64,000 nt of DNA. It comes from Shigella phage ESh24. The stretch is taken from sequence record ON528734. One strand, given 5' to 3'. Shown here piece by piece: positions 22,870 through 31,864 of this stretch. A program made the position numbers and the translations under genes. Position 1 is the first letter of the stretch. Each line of letters opens with the position of its first letter. A model generated the notes under the pieces. That model saw only the letters and a list, made by a program, of their open reading frames with translations. It ran no database searches and was not told the origin of the DNA.

Positions 22870-23035
22870 TTTTAAATCCCTATCTAAATGATAGGGCTTT
22901 TTGGTATCTAGGCCTTTCCAGGCCTCTCTAGGCATCATTTAGTTTCTACCCTTTATAATATATTATCCTATCCTTTGATTTCCCCTCCCTGCCCTAGAAT
23001 TCCCCAAAACTTTTTAAAAAATTTTTCACAAAACT

Positions 23036-23066
23036 GTTTACATCCTTGTCCTTCCATGGTACTATA
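23036..23066 (+). promoter_or_regulatory. early-type promoter (GTTTACA … TGGTACTAT) with conserved leader
   Basis: Same promoter/leader block (tggtactatacaactatcaact) recurs at 38667, 40106 and 34652. Confidence 0.5.
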
Positions 23067-23108
23067 CAACTATCAACTACTGATACAGAAAACAACTTGG
23101 AGAATAAA

Positions 23109-23372
23109 ATGGATAATTACGGTGAACTGTTCAACTTCTTTATGAAATGTGTTTCAGAAGATTTTGGTCGTACAGTGAATGATATTAAAGTTATCGGTCC
23201 TGACCATCCGATGTTTGAAACCTACGCAGTAATGGGTAATGAAGATGGTCAGTGGTATACTGTAAAAGTTGTGATTAACATGTTCACTGCTGAAGGTTAT
23301 GTTAAACTGTCTTCTAAAGTTTACCATGATAACGATGAAATCGCAGAAGAATATTTCAATAATATGAAATAA
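23109..23372 (+). CDS. hypothetical protein
   Basis: 87 aa from ATG 23109 (RBS ggagaataaa); the upstream in-frame extension covers the promoter and is rejected. Confidence 0.6.
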   Translation: MDNYGELFNFFMKCVSEDFGRTVNDIKVIGPDHPMFETYAVMGNEDGQWYTVKVVINMFTAEGYVKLSSKVYHDNDEIAEEYFNNMK

Positions 23373-23441
23373 TTGTGTACAAACACCAAGGACGGTGTTA
23401 TTATAGACTTATCAAAACAAATACAGAAAACGGAGAAATAA

Positions 23442-23618
23442 ATGACTACATTAATTATTTGGTTTGACGAAAATGAAGAAACATACTGCGTGAACATTGG
23501 AGAAAGCCCAATGCCAGAATTTGAATCTTCGGATAAAAACTCGGTTGTATCTTGGGCTGAAGGTTATAAAGCAGCAAAAGGCGATGTTGAAATAGTTTAC
23601 AAACTATCCGGAGTATAA
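23442..23618 (+). CDS. small hypothetical protein
   Basis: 58 aa, MTTLIIWFDENEETYCVNIGESPMPEF…; RBS cggagaaataa. Confidence 0.45.
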   Translation: MTTLIIWFDENEETYCVNIGESPMPEFESSDKNSVVSWAEGYKAAKGDVEIVYKLSGV

Positions 23619-23661
23619 TACTCTCGTGGATTTTAAATCTTAATTAACCTAAGGAAATACT

Positions 23662-24255
23662 ATGAACACACTGAAGAAAATTGTTGAGTTTATTCGCACT
23701 AAACTTGGTTCTGCTATGGCTAAAAATCTATCTGTTGAAGAGCAGTATACTGCTGCGGCAGCAAAATTGCTTGATAAAATTAAAGATCTAAAAACTGCTT
23801 CTGTTAAATCTATTAATGAAGAAAAGCGTATTCGTGAACTTATTGTCGAAAAGAATAAGCAGGCCGAATCAAAAGAGCGTGAAATTCGCAAGCTTCTTTC
23901 CGAAGGTCAAGATGTAACAATGCATGCTAAACTCGGTTTACTATATCGTCGAACAGCTGAGCAGTTGACTACTAAAGCTGATGGTTATGCTGAAATGCGA
24001 ATTGAAATTGCCAAGAAAGTAGTTGAGTTAGATGATGCTCGCCAAGAACTTGCAGTTAAATTGGAATATATCCGTGAAACTCGTGCAGCAAATGCCCTTG
24101 GAATTAGTACTGCTGATGATGTAGTTGAAATTGCAGCGCTGACTAAGGTTGATATTGAAGATACTCTTGCCCGAGTTGAAACCTTTAATGGCAATATTTC
24201 CGGGGTTGAAACTACCTCTGCCGATGTTCAGGAATATATTAATTCTCTGAAATAA
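23662..24255 (+). CDS. coiled-coil protein
   Basis: 197 aa, predominantly helical/heptad sequence; RBS aaggaaatact; followed by ggggcttcggcccc hairpin. Confidence 0.65.
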
Positions 24256-24261
24256 CGATAA

Positions 24262-24275
24262 GGGGCTTCGGCCCC
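24262..24275 (+). terminator. GC hairpin with UUCG tetraloop (terminator or RNA-stabilising element)
   Basis: ggggc-ttcg-gcccc; weak T-tract downstream. Confidence 0.45.
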
Positions 24276-24296
24276 TATTACTTGGAGTAAGTAGGA

Positions 24297-24905
24297 ATGA
24301 AAATGCAAAGTGATTTCAATTCAATGTTTGAAGAGTTCCAAAGACATGTTGATGTTCCAGACCAATTATTAAATGCTCTTAAACGTATGGCAGAAGGGCG
24401 TAATTATTATTGGGGTTCTTCATATGAAACTGATGAAAGTCTTTCTGGAAGATTTTCTAGAGGTAAAAAGTCTTTAATACGTCCTGGAATACTTATTAAC
24501 AGTATTGAATCAATTCATTTATTAACATGTGATTTTGACGTTGAATTTACTGATTTTGTTTCTCCTGAATGGACGGTCTGTTATTTAAACGACGATTATG
24601 ATTATCTTGGCGTTTATAGTTTAAGTGATGCATGGTTTAAACGTAATTTACAAAAGTCAAATTTATTCTATATTGATACTACTGTAAAGTTTCAGGGCAA
24701 GAAATATTTCTTTACTCTTATAGTTGATTCTGAAACGAAGCATGAAAATAAACGTATTCTTAGTAAAAAGAATATCTTAACTATTGTTGATGATCTTTTT
24801 GATAAATTCGTAGAAAATCCCAATTTTGAAAGCGATTTATTACTAGAAAAATTTGTTAAGGAATGTAGAGAATATGTCAAAGCCATCAATGTATCTTCCA
24901 AGTAA
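24297..24905 (+). CDS. hypothetical protein
   Basis: 202-aa ORF. Confidence 0.6.
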   Translation: MKMQSDFNSMFEEFQRHVDVPDQLLNALKRMAEGRNYYWGSSYETDESLSGRFSRGKKSLIRPGILINSIESIHLLTCDFDVEFTDFVSPEWTVCYLNDDYDYLGVYSLSDAWFKRNLQKSNLFYIDTTVKFQGKKYFFTLIVDSETKHENKRILSKKNILTIVDDLFDKFVENPNFESDLLLEKFVKECREYVKAINVSSK

Positions 24906-25266
24906 ACCCTTAAAGTATGAATTAAAGCGTCAGATAATTTCTACTGATGTATTAATAGGTCCTGTTATACTCATATCATTTGTAATTCTATTGATTATTG
25001 GAGGTGTTTTAGATGTTATGACTGATATTGATTCTGGCGAAATACTGGTATTAATGCTAATTCTTCCATTAATAGTTCCACTTTTATTAGTACCTGTAAA
25101 TTGGGTAGGATACTGGTATCAAGGAAGACATTATCGTAAACGCGTACGTGATTGGAAAGCACAGTGTGAAAAGATTAAAAAGGAACACCAGCTTAAACTT
25201 GCTGCGTATGAATTTAATGAAATTATGAAATTTGTTAAGGAATCACGATGCAAAAGCCAAAACTAA
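24874..25266 (+). CDS. small membrane protein, paralogue family member 1
   Basis: ~130 aa from ATG 24874; two hydrophobic helices; C-terminal tail FVKESRCKSQN; overlaps upstream gene end. Confidence 0.55.
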   Translation: MSKPSMYLPSKPLKYELKRQIISTDVLIGPVILISFVILLIIGGVLDVMTDIDSGEILVLMLILPLIVPLLLVPVNWVGYWYQGRHYRKRVRDWKAQCEKIKKEHQLKLAAYEFNEIMKFVKESRCKSQN

Positions 25267-25610
25267 ATAAAGTCAAATATTCGCTTCCTGAGTCATTTTT
25301 AATTTTTGCTGTGGCGTTGGCTGCAGCTCTTGCGGGTAGTCTTTTTGGATTGTTAATTGACTGTCTTATTTTAAACATTGACGGCACAGTAAATATAATA
25401 GAAGTTTGGAGTGAACTTCACTATACTAAAATTATTTCATTATTTTCATTCTTTGGTACCATGTTATATTTTCATTATGATAATTTTAAAATAAATTGGC
25501 AAAGAAAAAAAGATTACAAAATACAATTAAAAGAATATAATAGTTACATGTCTCATATTGAAAAAGAATCAATGGAAGAGTTTGTGAGTGATTGTAGGAA
25601 AATCAAATGA
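25248..25610 (+). CDS. small membrane protein, paralogue family member 2
   Basis: 120 aa; two TM helices; C-terminal EEFVSDCRKIK. Confidence 0.6.
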   Translation: MQKPKLNKVKYSLPESFLIFAVALAAALAGSLFGLLIDCLILNIDGTVNIIEVWSELHYTKIISLFSFFGTMLYFHYDNFKINWQRKKDYKIQLKEYNSYMSHIEKESMEEFVSDCRKIK

Positions 25611-25747
25611 TTTTAAAAACTCGCTGGTATGATTTAGATGATGGGGATGATGGCATTTCAGTTGATAGAGTTGATTGGAATGGTTGTTCCAAAGATATGA
25701 AAAATTTGTTGATTAGGGAGTTTAGAATGGGATTATCAAGCAACTAA
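25607..25747 (+). CDS. small hypothetical protein
   Basis: 46 aa; ATGA start/stop overlap with the previous gene. Confidence 0.35.
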   Translation: MILKTRWYDLDDGDDGISVDRVDWNGCSKDMKNLLIREFRMGLSSN

Positions 25748-25775
25748 GCCATCTATTATAACAGATGATAAATTC

Positions 25776-26077
25776 GTGTGTATTCATAATGGTCGCGCTA
25801 AGTTAACGAACGCTGATTGGTTCACAGATAAAATTATGATTCTGTGGTATATTATTAGTCTTCCTGTGACATCATTCGTATTTTACTTTTTTATAAAAAA
25901 TCCAATGGGCAGAATAGGAGATTGGATTCTTTTAACCATACTTGTTAATATTTTTACAGCAGCAATATTATCTGGGATATGGTACACGTTCATTGAAATG
26001 CCATGGCGGCTACGCAGACAACAAAAGATTTTTGATGAAAAGAAATATACTCAAAATTTAAATAACTTTATCACTGA

Positions 26078-26096
<19 letters not shown>
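25776..26096 (+). CDS. small membrane protein, paralogue family member 3
   Basis: 106 aa; two TM helices; C-terminal NNFITECRKLQ. Confidence 0.6.
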
Positions 26097-27065
<969 letters not shown>

Positions 27066-27069
27066 AGTT

Positions 27070-27101
27070 GTTTACTTTCTCCTAAAACTGTGATAGTATA
27101 T
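27070..27101 (+). promoter_or_regulatory. early-type promoter with -10 element in hairpin loop
   Basis: gtttac at 27070-27075; -10-like tgatagtatatt within inverted repeat aactgtga/tcacagtt (27086-27109). Confidence 0.45.
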
Positions 27102-27136
27102 TCACAGTTACTAATTAAAATATTTAAAGGAAACAC

Positions 27137-27718
27137 ATGAAAACGTATAAAGAATTTATCGCTGAAGCTTCTGTGGAAAAGGCCAAAGGCATTAATAAAG
27201 ATGAGTGGACCTACCGTTCGGGAAACGGCTTTGACCCTAAAACGGCTCCTATTGAACGGTACTTAGCTACAAAGGCTTCCGACTTTAAAGCCTTCGCTTG
27301 GGAAGGACTTCGTTGGCGTACCGATTTAAATATTGAAGTTGATGGACTTAAATTTGGCCATATTCAGGATGTTGTTGCTAGTAACTTAGACGCAGCTTTT
27401 GTTAAAGCCGACGGTGACCTTCGTCGCTGGAATTTAAAACTGTTCTCTAAACAGAAAGGCCCGGTGTTTGTGCCTAAAGCTGGTAAATGGGTTATTGATA
27501 ATAAATTAGCTAAGGCTGTCAACTACGCTGGTCTTGAATTCGCCAAGCACAAATCATCATGGAGAAGTCTTGATGCAATGGCCTTCCGTAAAGAATTCGC
27601 CGAGGTTATGACTAAAGGCGGCTTTAAGGCAGAACTAGATACCTCTAAAGGTACGTTTAAAGACGCTAATGTTCAGTACGCTTACGCCGTTGCTAATGCA
27701 GCCCGCGGTAATTCTTAA
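27137..27718 (+). CDS. ipIII: internal protein III-like (capsid-targeting sequence MKTYKEFIAE-A)
   Basis: 193 aa (T4 IPIII is 194 aa); CTS; position adjacent to e. Confidence 0.75.
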   Translation: MKTYKEFIAEASVEKAKGINKDEWTYRSGNGFDPKTAPIERYLATKASDFKAFAWEGLRWRTDLNIEVDGLKFGHIQDVVASNLDAAFVKADGDLRRWNLKLFSKQKGPVFVPKAGKWVIDNKLAKAVNYAGLEFAKHKSSWRSLDAMAFRKEFAEVMTKGGFKAELDTSKGTFKDANVQYAYAVANAARGNS

Positions 27719-27734
27719 TAAAGCCGAGTTCGAA

Positions 27735-27800
27735 CCTGGTAATTGATAAATACAGAAACGGGCAATTCATGTGTGTGAATTGCCTCAAACTTAAAGAATA
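27735..27800. repeat. intergenic direct repeat, copy 1 (core AAATACAGAAACGGGCAATTCATG), contains palindrome ggcaattca…tgaattgcc
   Basis: Second copy at 28360-28450; a partial third (aaatacagaaaacgg) at about 23421-23435. Confidence 0.6.
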
Positions 27801-27826
27801 AAACTATTTACATTTAAAGGAAACAC

Positions 27827-28300
27827 ATGAAAACATATCAAGAATTTATTACTGAAGCAGCTATTAATTCTCAAATTATTGCTGAATCTTTTACTGATCT
27901 TTTGAAATTTAAAAAAGGACAGAAAATCACTGCTGTATTGGATGATGGTACAGAAGTTGAGATGGATGTGCAAGGATATAATTATGCAGTAGATGGAAAA
28001 CTGTATAATAAATCTCATGCTAAATTTGATTCATTTGACGACTTTGTTAATACAGTTGAAGATGAAAAAACTCGTCGATCCATTGCAACTGGTGATGCTA
28101 AGGTTCTTATGGCACATGGTCATGAACGCATTCGCGCTAAACAGAATAAAATGGGTGAAGATAATTTTGCATTAGTCGGTTATCAATCTGGTAAACAAAC
28201 CTATGGTTATCAGCGTACTGCTACCATGTATAACAAAAATGGTAAAATTGCCTTTGTAAATAGTAAAGGTTCTATTCAGTACGTTAAATCATTCAAATAA
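27827..28300 (+). CDS. internal-protein-like protein with capsid-targeting sequence (MKTYQEFITE-A)
   Basis: 157 aa; canonical CTS; body unlike the 27137 product and longer than T4 IPII (100 aa). Confidence 0.7.
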   Translation: MKTYQEFITEAAINSQIIAESFTDLLKFKKGQKITAVLDDGTEVEMDVQGYNYAVDGKLYNKSHAKFDSFDDFVNTVEDEKTRRSIATGDAKVLMAHGHERIRAKQNKMGEDNFALVGYQSGKQTYGYQRTATMYNKNGKIAFVNSKGSIQYVKSFK

Positions 28301-28359
28301 GCAAATAAGAAATATGGGAACAAACTGGACCTCATGATTCTGTGAGGGATTCCCGCCAA

Positions 28360-28450
28360 CCTGTAATAAGGTCGAGCCCAAGTGCGGTAATGGGTAAATA
28401 CAGAAATGGACAATTCATGCGCCACGGAATGGCCCAAACTTAGAGAGAAT
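28360..28450. repeat. intergenic direct repeat, copy 2 (core AAATACAGAAATGGACAATTCATG)
   Basis: ~80% identical to 27735-27800; together they bracket the 27827 gene. Confidence 0.6.
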
Positions 28451-28453
28451 AAA

Positions 28454-28996
28454 ATGAGAACATTTTTAACTGGTCCTTATCTATCCCTGATGAATGCTTT
28501 TACACACCATTCTGATGCTAGAGTAGAAGAAATTTGTAAGAATGATTATCTTCCACCAATGGAAGATGTGCTCAAACAGTACTGCACACTTCGTATAGAT
28601 GGTGGACGTCAATCCGGTAAATCAATTGCTGTGACTAACTTTGCTGCTAATTGGCTGTATGATGGCGGAACAGTTATTGTTCTTTCTAATACTTCAGCTT
28701 ACGCTAAAATTTCTGCAAATAACATTAAAAAGGAATTTTCGCGTTATTCTAATGATGATATACGTTTTCGTTTATTTACTGATTCTGTCCGTAGTTTTAT
28801 CGGTAATGAAGGTCATAAATTCCGTGGGTTATCGCTTTCTCGTATCTTGTACATAATTGACGAACCTATTAAAGCTCCTGATATGGATAAGATTTACAAT
28901 ATCCATATTAAAACGGTACAACACTGTTGTCGAAGCTATAATGCTGAAACAGGTGAAACAGTTCGTCCTCAATTTTTTGTGATTGGAATGCAATGA
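28454..28996 (+). CDS. small P-loop NTPase
   Basis: 180 aa from ATG 28454 (RBS gagaataaa); Walker A GGRQSGKS, Walker B ILYIIDEP. Confidence 0.65.
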   Translation: MRTFLTGPYLSLMNAFTHHSDARVEEICKNDYLPPMEDVLKQYCTLRIDGGRQSGKSIAVTNFAANWLYDGGTVIVLSNTSAYAKISANNIKKEFSRYSNDDIRFRLFTDSVRSFIGNEGHKFRGLSLSRILYIIDEPIKAPDMDKIYNIHIKTVQHCCRSYNAETGETVRPQFFVIGMQ

Positions 28997-29322
28997 TGAC
29001 AGACACACAGCTTTTCGAATATCTTTATTTTTCGCCAAAAACTATTAAAAATAAATTGGTGAATCATTTTGAAATTTTGGCAAATAACAACATTTTGAGC
29101 GAATTTTATCCCAAGCAATACAAATTACAAAAAGGCGTATTCAAAGGATGCAGAGTTTTGTGCACGGCTCCTAATGCACGGCTAATGAATAAAATTCCAT
29201 ATTTTACCATGGAATTTATTGATGGGCCTTTTAAAGGACTAATCACGCAGAGTTTAATGGCATATGATTCTGAGCCATTTTTAATTAAAGAACAATCTTG
29301 GATAAATTTATTTTCTAATTGA
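28993..29322 (+). CDS. hypothetical protein
   Basis: 109-aa ORF overlapping the previous stop. Confidence 0.55.
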   Translation: MMTDTQLFEYLYFSPKTIKNKLVNHFEILANNNILSEFYPKQYKLQKGVFKGCRVLCTAPNARLMNKIPYFTMEFIDGPFKGLITQSLMAYDSEPFLIKEQSWINLFSN

Positions 29323-29329
29323 GGTTTAT

Positions 29330-29692
29330 ATGAAAGCATATCAAATTCTTGAAGGCACGCATAAAGGTACTATTTATTTTGAAGATGGTATTCAAGCACG
29401 AATTATTGTCTCTAAAACCTTTAAAGAGGACTCTTTTGTAGACCCAGAAATTTTCTACGGTTTGCATGCCCGTGAAATTGAAATTGAAACACAACCTACA
29501 GTTAAAATTGAAGGTGGTCAACACCTGAACGTTAACGTTCTGCGTCGTGAAACTCTGGAAGATGCAGTTAAGCATCCGGAAAAATATCCGCAGCTGACCA
29601 TCCGTGTATCCGGTTATGCAGTTCGCTTTAACTCTCTGACTCCGGAACAGCAGCGCGACGTTATCGCTCGTACCTTCACCGAGAGTTTGTAA
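29330..29692 (+). CDS. autonomous glycyl-radical cofactor (GrcA/YfiD-like)
   Basis: C-terminal [60 protein letters not shown] matches E. coli YfiD glycyl-radical domain (RVSGYAV); a T4 counterpart (Y06I) is described. Confidence 0.85.
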   Translation: MKAYQILEGTHKGTIYFEDGIQARIIVSKTFKEDSFVDPEIFYGLHAREIEIETQPTVKIEGGQHLNVNVLRRETLEDAVKHPEKYPQLTIRVSGYAVRFNSLTPEQQRDVIARTFTESL

Positions 29693-29913
29693 TGGCAAAG
29701 ATAATTATTGAAGGTTCTAAAGATGTGCTAAATGCTTTCGCCGAGTGGTTTAGTAATTCAGGCGAACAGCAATTTAATGAAGCATGGAACATGGGTGATA
29801 TTAATGGAATTTATCCTACGACAGAAATTTCTGTTCAGGGATATGGCATTCATGAACCTATTCGTTTAGTTGAATATGATTTATGCACTGGTGAGGAAGT
29901 CAAATATGATTGA
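29692..29913 (+). CDS. hypothetical protein
   Basis: 73-aa ORF, TAATG overlap with upstream gene. Confidence 0.5.
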   Translation: MAKIIIEGSKDVLNAFAEWFSNSGEQQFNEAWNMGDINGIYPTTEISVQGYGIHEPIRLVEYDLCTGEEVKYD

Positions 29914-30172
29914 AGATATTAAAGGTTATAAGCCACATACCGACGAAAAAATCGGTAAAGTAAATGCTATTAAAGACGCTGAAGTTCGTTTAGGACTTAT
30001 CTTTGATGCTTTATACGATGAATTTTGGGAAGCATTTGATAGCTGTGAAGATGATGAACTTGCGAAGAATTACGCCGAAAGCCTCGATCAGTTAACTATT
30101 GCTAAAACGAAACTCAAAGAAGCCAGTATGTGGGCTTGCCGTGCTGTGTTCCAACCAGAGGAAAAATACTAA
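29906..30172 (+). CDS. hypothetical acidic protein
   Basis: 88 aa from ATG 29906 (RBS gaggaag). Confidence 0.5.
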   Translation: MIEDIKGYKPHTDEKIGKVNAIKDAEVRLGLIFDALYDEFWEAFDSCEDDELAKNYAESLDQLTIAKTKLKEASMWACRAVFQPEEKY

Positions 30173-30450
30173 TGGCTCAATTAAGCGCAGGGTTTGGTTA
30201 TGAGTATTATACTGCACCTCGTCGTGTATCTGCCGCTCCTAAGAAAATTCAAAGTCTTGATGACTTCCAAGAAGTAATTCGTAATGCTTTCCAGGACTAT
30301 GCGCGTTATCTTAAAGAAGATTCACAGGACTGTCTCGAAGAAGATGAAATTGCTTACTATGCGCAGCGTCTTGAACAGCTTAAAAACTTACATGAGGTTC
30401 GTGCAGAAGTTTCAAAGTCTATGAATAAATTGATCAGATTTAAAGAATAA
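30172..30450 (+). CDS. hypothetical protein
   Basis: 92 aa from ATG 30172 (RBS ggaaaaatact). Confidence 0.55.
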   Translation: MAQLSAGFGYEYYTAPRRVSAAPKKIQSLDDFQEVIRNAFQDYARYLKEDSQDCLEEDEIAYYAQRLEQLKNLHEVRAEVSKSMNKLIRFKE

Positions 30451-30452
30451 CT

Positions 30453-30482
30453 GTTTACTTTTCCTCTTGACTGTGGTATAAT
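30453..30482 (+). promoter_or_regulatory. early promoter (GTTTAC -35, TGGTATAAT extended -10) for regB
   Basis: Well-spaced -35/-10; the -10 lies in the loop of an 11-bp inverted repeat (30463-30501) whose 3' arm contains the regB SD aagaggag. Confidence 0.6.
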
Positions 30483-30509
30483 TTTTCTATCAGTTAAGAG
30501 GAGAATAAC

Positions 30510-30971
30510 ATGACTATCAACACAGAAGTTTTTATCCGTCGAAATAAGCTCCGTCGTCACTTTGAGTCGGAGTTTCGTCAAATTAACAATGAGATTCGTG
30601 AGGCATCAAAAGCAGCAGGAGTCTCATCGTTTCATCTAAAATATTCTCAACATCTTCTTGATCGTGCAATTCAACGGGAGATTGATGAGACATATGTTTT
30701 TGAATTATTCCATAAAATAAAAGACCATGTTTTAGAAGTTAATGAATTCCTGAGTATGCCTCCGCGTCCTGACATTGACGAGGATTTTATTGATGGGGTT
30801 GAATATCGTCCTGGACGTTTAGAAATCACAGATGGAAATCTTTGGCTTGGATTTACAGTTTGTAAACCTAACGAGAAGTTCAAAGACCCGTCACTTCAAT
30901 GTAGGATGGCAATTATCAACAGTCGTCGTTTACCAGGAAAGGCTTCTAAAGCAGTAATTAAAACTCAATGA
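30510..30971 (+). CDS. regB: sequence-specific endoribonuclease RegB
   Basis: 153 aa as T4 RegB; MTINTEVFIRRNKLRRHFESEF…; synteny near tk/e. Confidence 0.75.
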   Translation: MTINTEVFIRRNKLRRHFESEFRQINNEIREASKAAGVSSFHLKYSQHLLDRAIQREIDETYVFELFHKIKDHVLEVNEFLSMPPRPDIDEDFIDGVEYRPGRLEITDGNLWLGFTVCKPNEKFKDPSLQCRMAIINSRRLPGKASKAVIKTQ

Positions 30972-30978
30972 GGTAAGC

Positions 30979-31524
30979 ATGAGAAAAGCACTACTCGCTG
31001 GTCTATTGGCCATTTCAATGATGGCACATAGCTCCGAGCATACTTTCAGTAATGTCCAACTCGATAACATGCGTTACGCGTATCAATTCGGGGAACAATT
31101 TTCTAAGGATGGAAAATATAAAACACACAAAAATATCCACAAGAGCGGATTAGGTCATATAATGGCTGCTATTTTATGGCAAGAAAGCTCTGGCGGAGTT
31201 AATTTAAAATCTAAACCAAAGCATCACGCCTACGGAATGTTCCAAAATTATTTGCCTACTATGCGAGCAAGAGTTAAGGAACTTGGTTATAATATGACCG
31301 ATGCTGAAATAAAAAGAATGTTGAATAAACGATCCAATTCAGCTTCCTGGGCGTACATTGAACTTTCTTATTGGTTAAATATACATAAGGGCGATATAAG
31401 AAAAGCAATATCCTCTTATAATTCGGGATGGAATGTTAAAGCTGGTTCTAAATATGCTTCTGAAGTCCTAGAAAAGGCTAATTACCTTAAAAATAATAAA
31501 CTTTTGGAAATAGTAAATGACTAA
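30979..31524 (+). CDS. secreted lytic transglycosylase-like (SLT domain) protein
   Basis: N-terminal signal peptide MRKALLAGLLAISMMAHS; SLT catalytic motif ILWQESSGG…AYGMFQ. Confidence 0.6.
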   Translation: MRKALLAGLLAISMMAHSSEHTFSNVQLDNMRYAYQFGEQFSKDGKYKTHKNIHKSGLGHIMAAILWQESSGGVNLKSKPKHHAYGMFQNYLPTMRARVKELGYNMTDAEIKRMLNKRSNSASWAYIELSYWLNIHKGDIRKAISSYNSGWNVKAGSKYASEVLEKANYLKNNKLLEIVND

Positions 31525-31864
31525 AATTTTGGTTTTATGTATAGGATTAATTTCATTTTCTGCTTCTGCATCAGCAGATACATCATATACTGAAATTAGA
31601 GAATATGTAAACCGCACTGCGGCAGATTATTGTGGGAAAAATAAAGCATGCCAAGCTGAATTTGCACAGAAATTAATATATGCATATAAAGATGGAGAAA
31701 GAGATAAATCAAGCAGATACAAAAACGATACATTATTAAAACGATATGCTAAAAAGTGGAATACCTTAGAATGTTCAGTTGCGGAGGAGAAAGATAAAGC
31801 CGCTTGTCATTCAATGGTTGACCGTTTGGTAGATTCTTATAATCGAGGATTGAGTACTAGATGA
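31517..31864 (+). CDS. secreted hypothetical protein (possible vs counterpart)
   Basis: 115 aa with signal peptide MTKILVLCIGLISFSASASA; four Cys. Confidence 0.55.
   Translation: MTKILVLCIGLISFSASASADTSYTEIREYVNRTAADYCGKNKACQAEFAQKLIYAYKDGERDKSSRYKNDTLLKRYAKKWNTLECSVAEEKDKAACHSMVDRLVDSYNRGLSTR

Noticed and set aside
23046-23108. N-terminal extensions of six-frame ORFs (23046, 38665, 40104, 16654, 17276, 28406, 60390, 61345 and others)
   Set aside because: The extensions run through promoter and leader sequence or begin with non-ATG codons. Internal ATGs with good Shine-Dalgarno spacing give lengths matching known T4 proteins, so starts were reassigned.
23421-23435. AAATACAGAAA(A/C)GG motif as a distinct promoter class
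   Set aside because: Only three copies, two of which are part of the longer direct repeat flanking the 27827 gene; there is insufficient evidence for an independent regulatory element.
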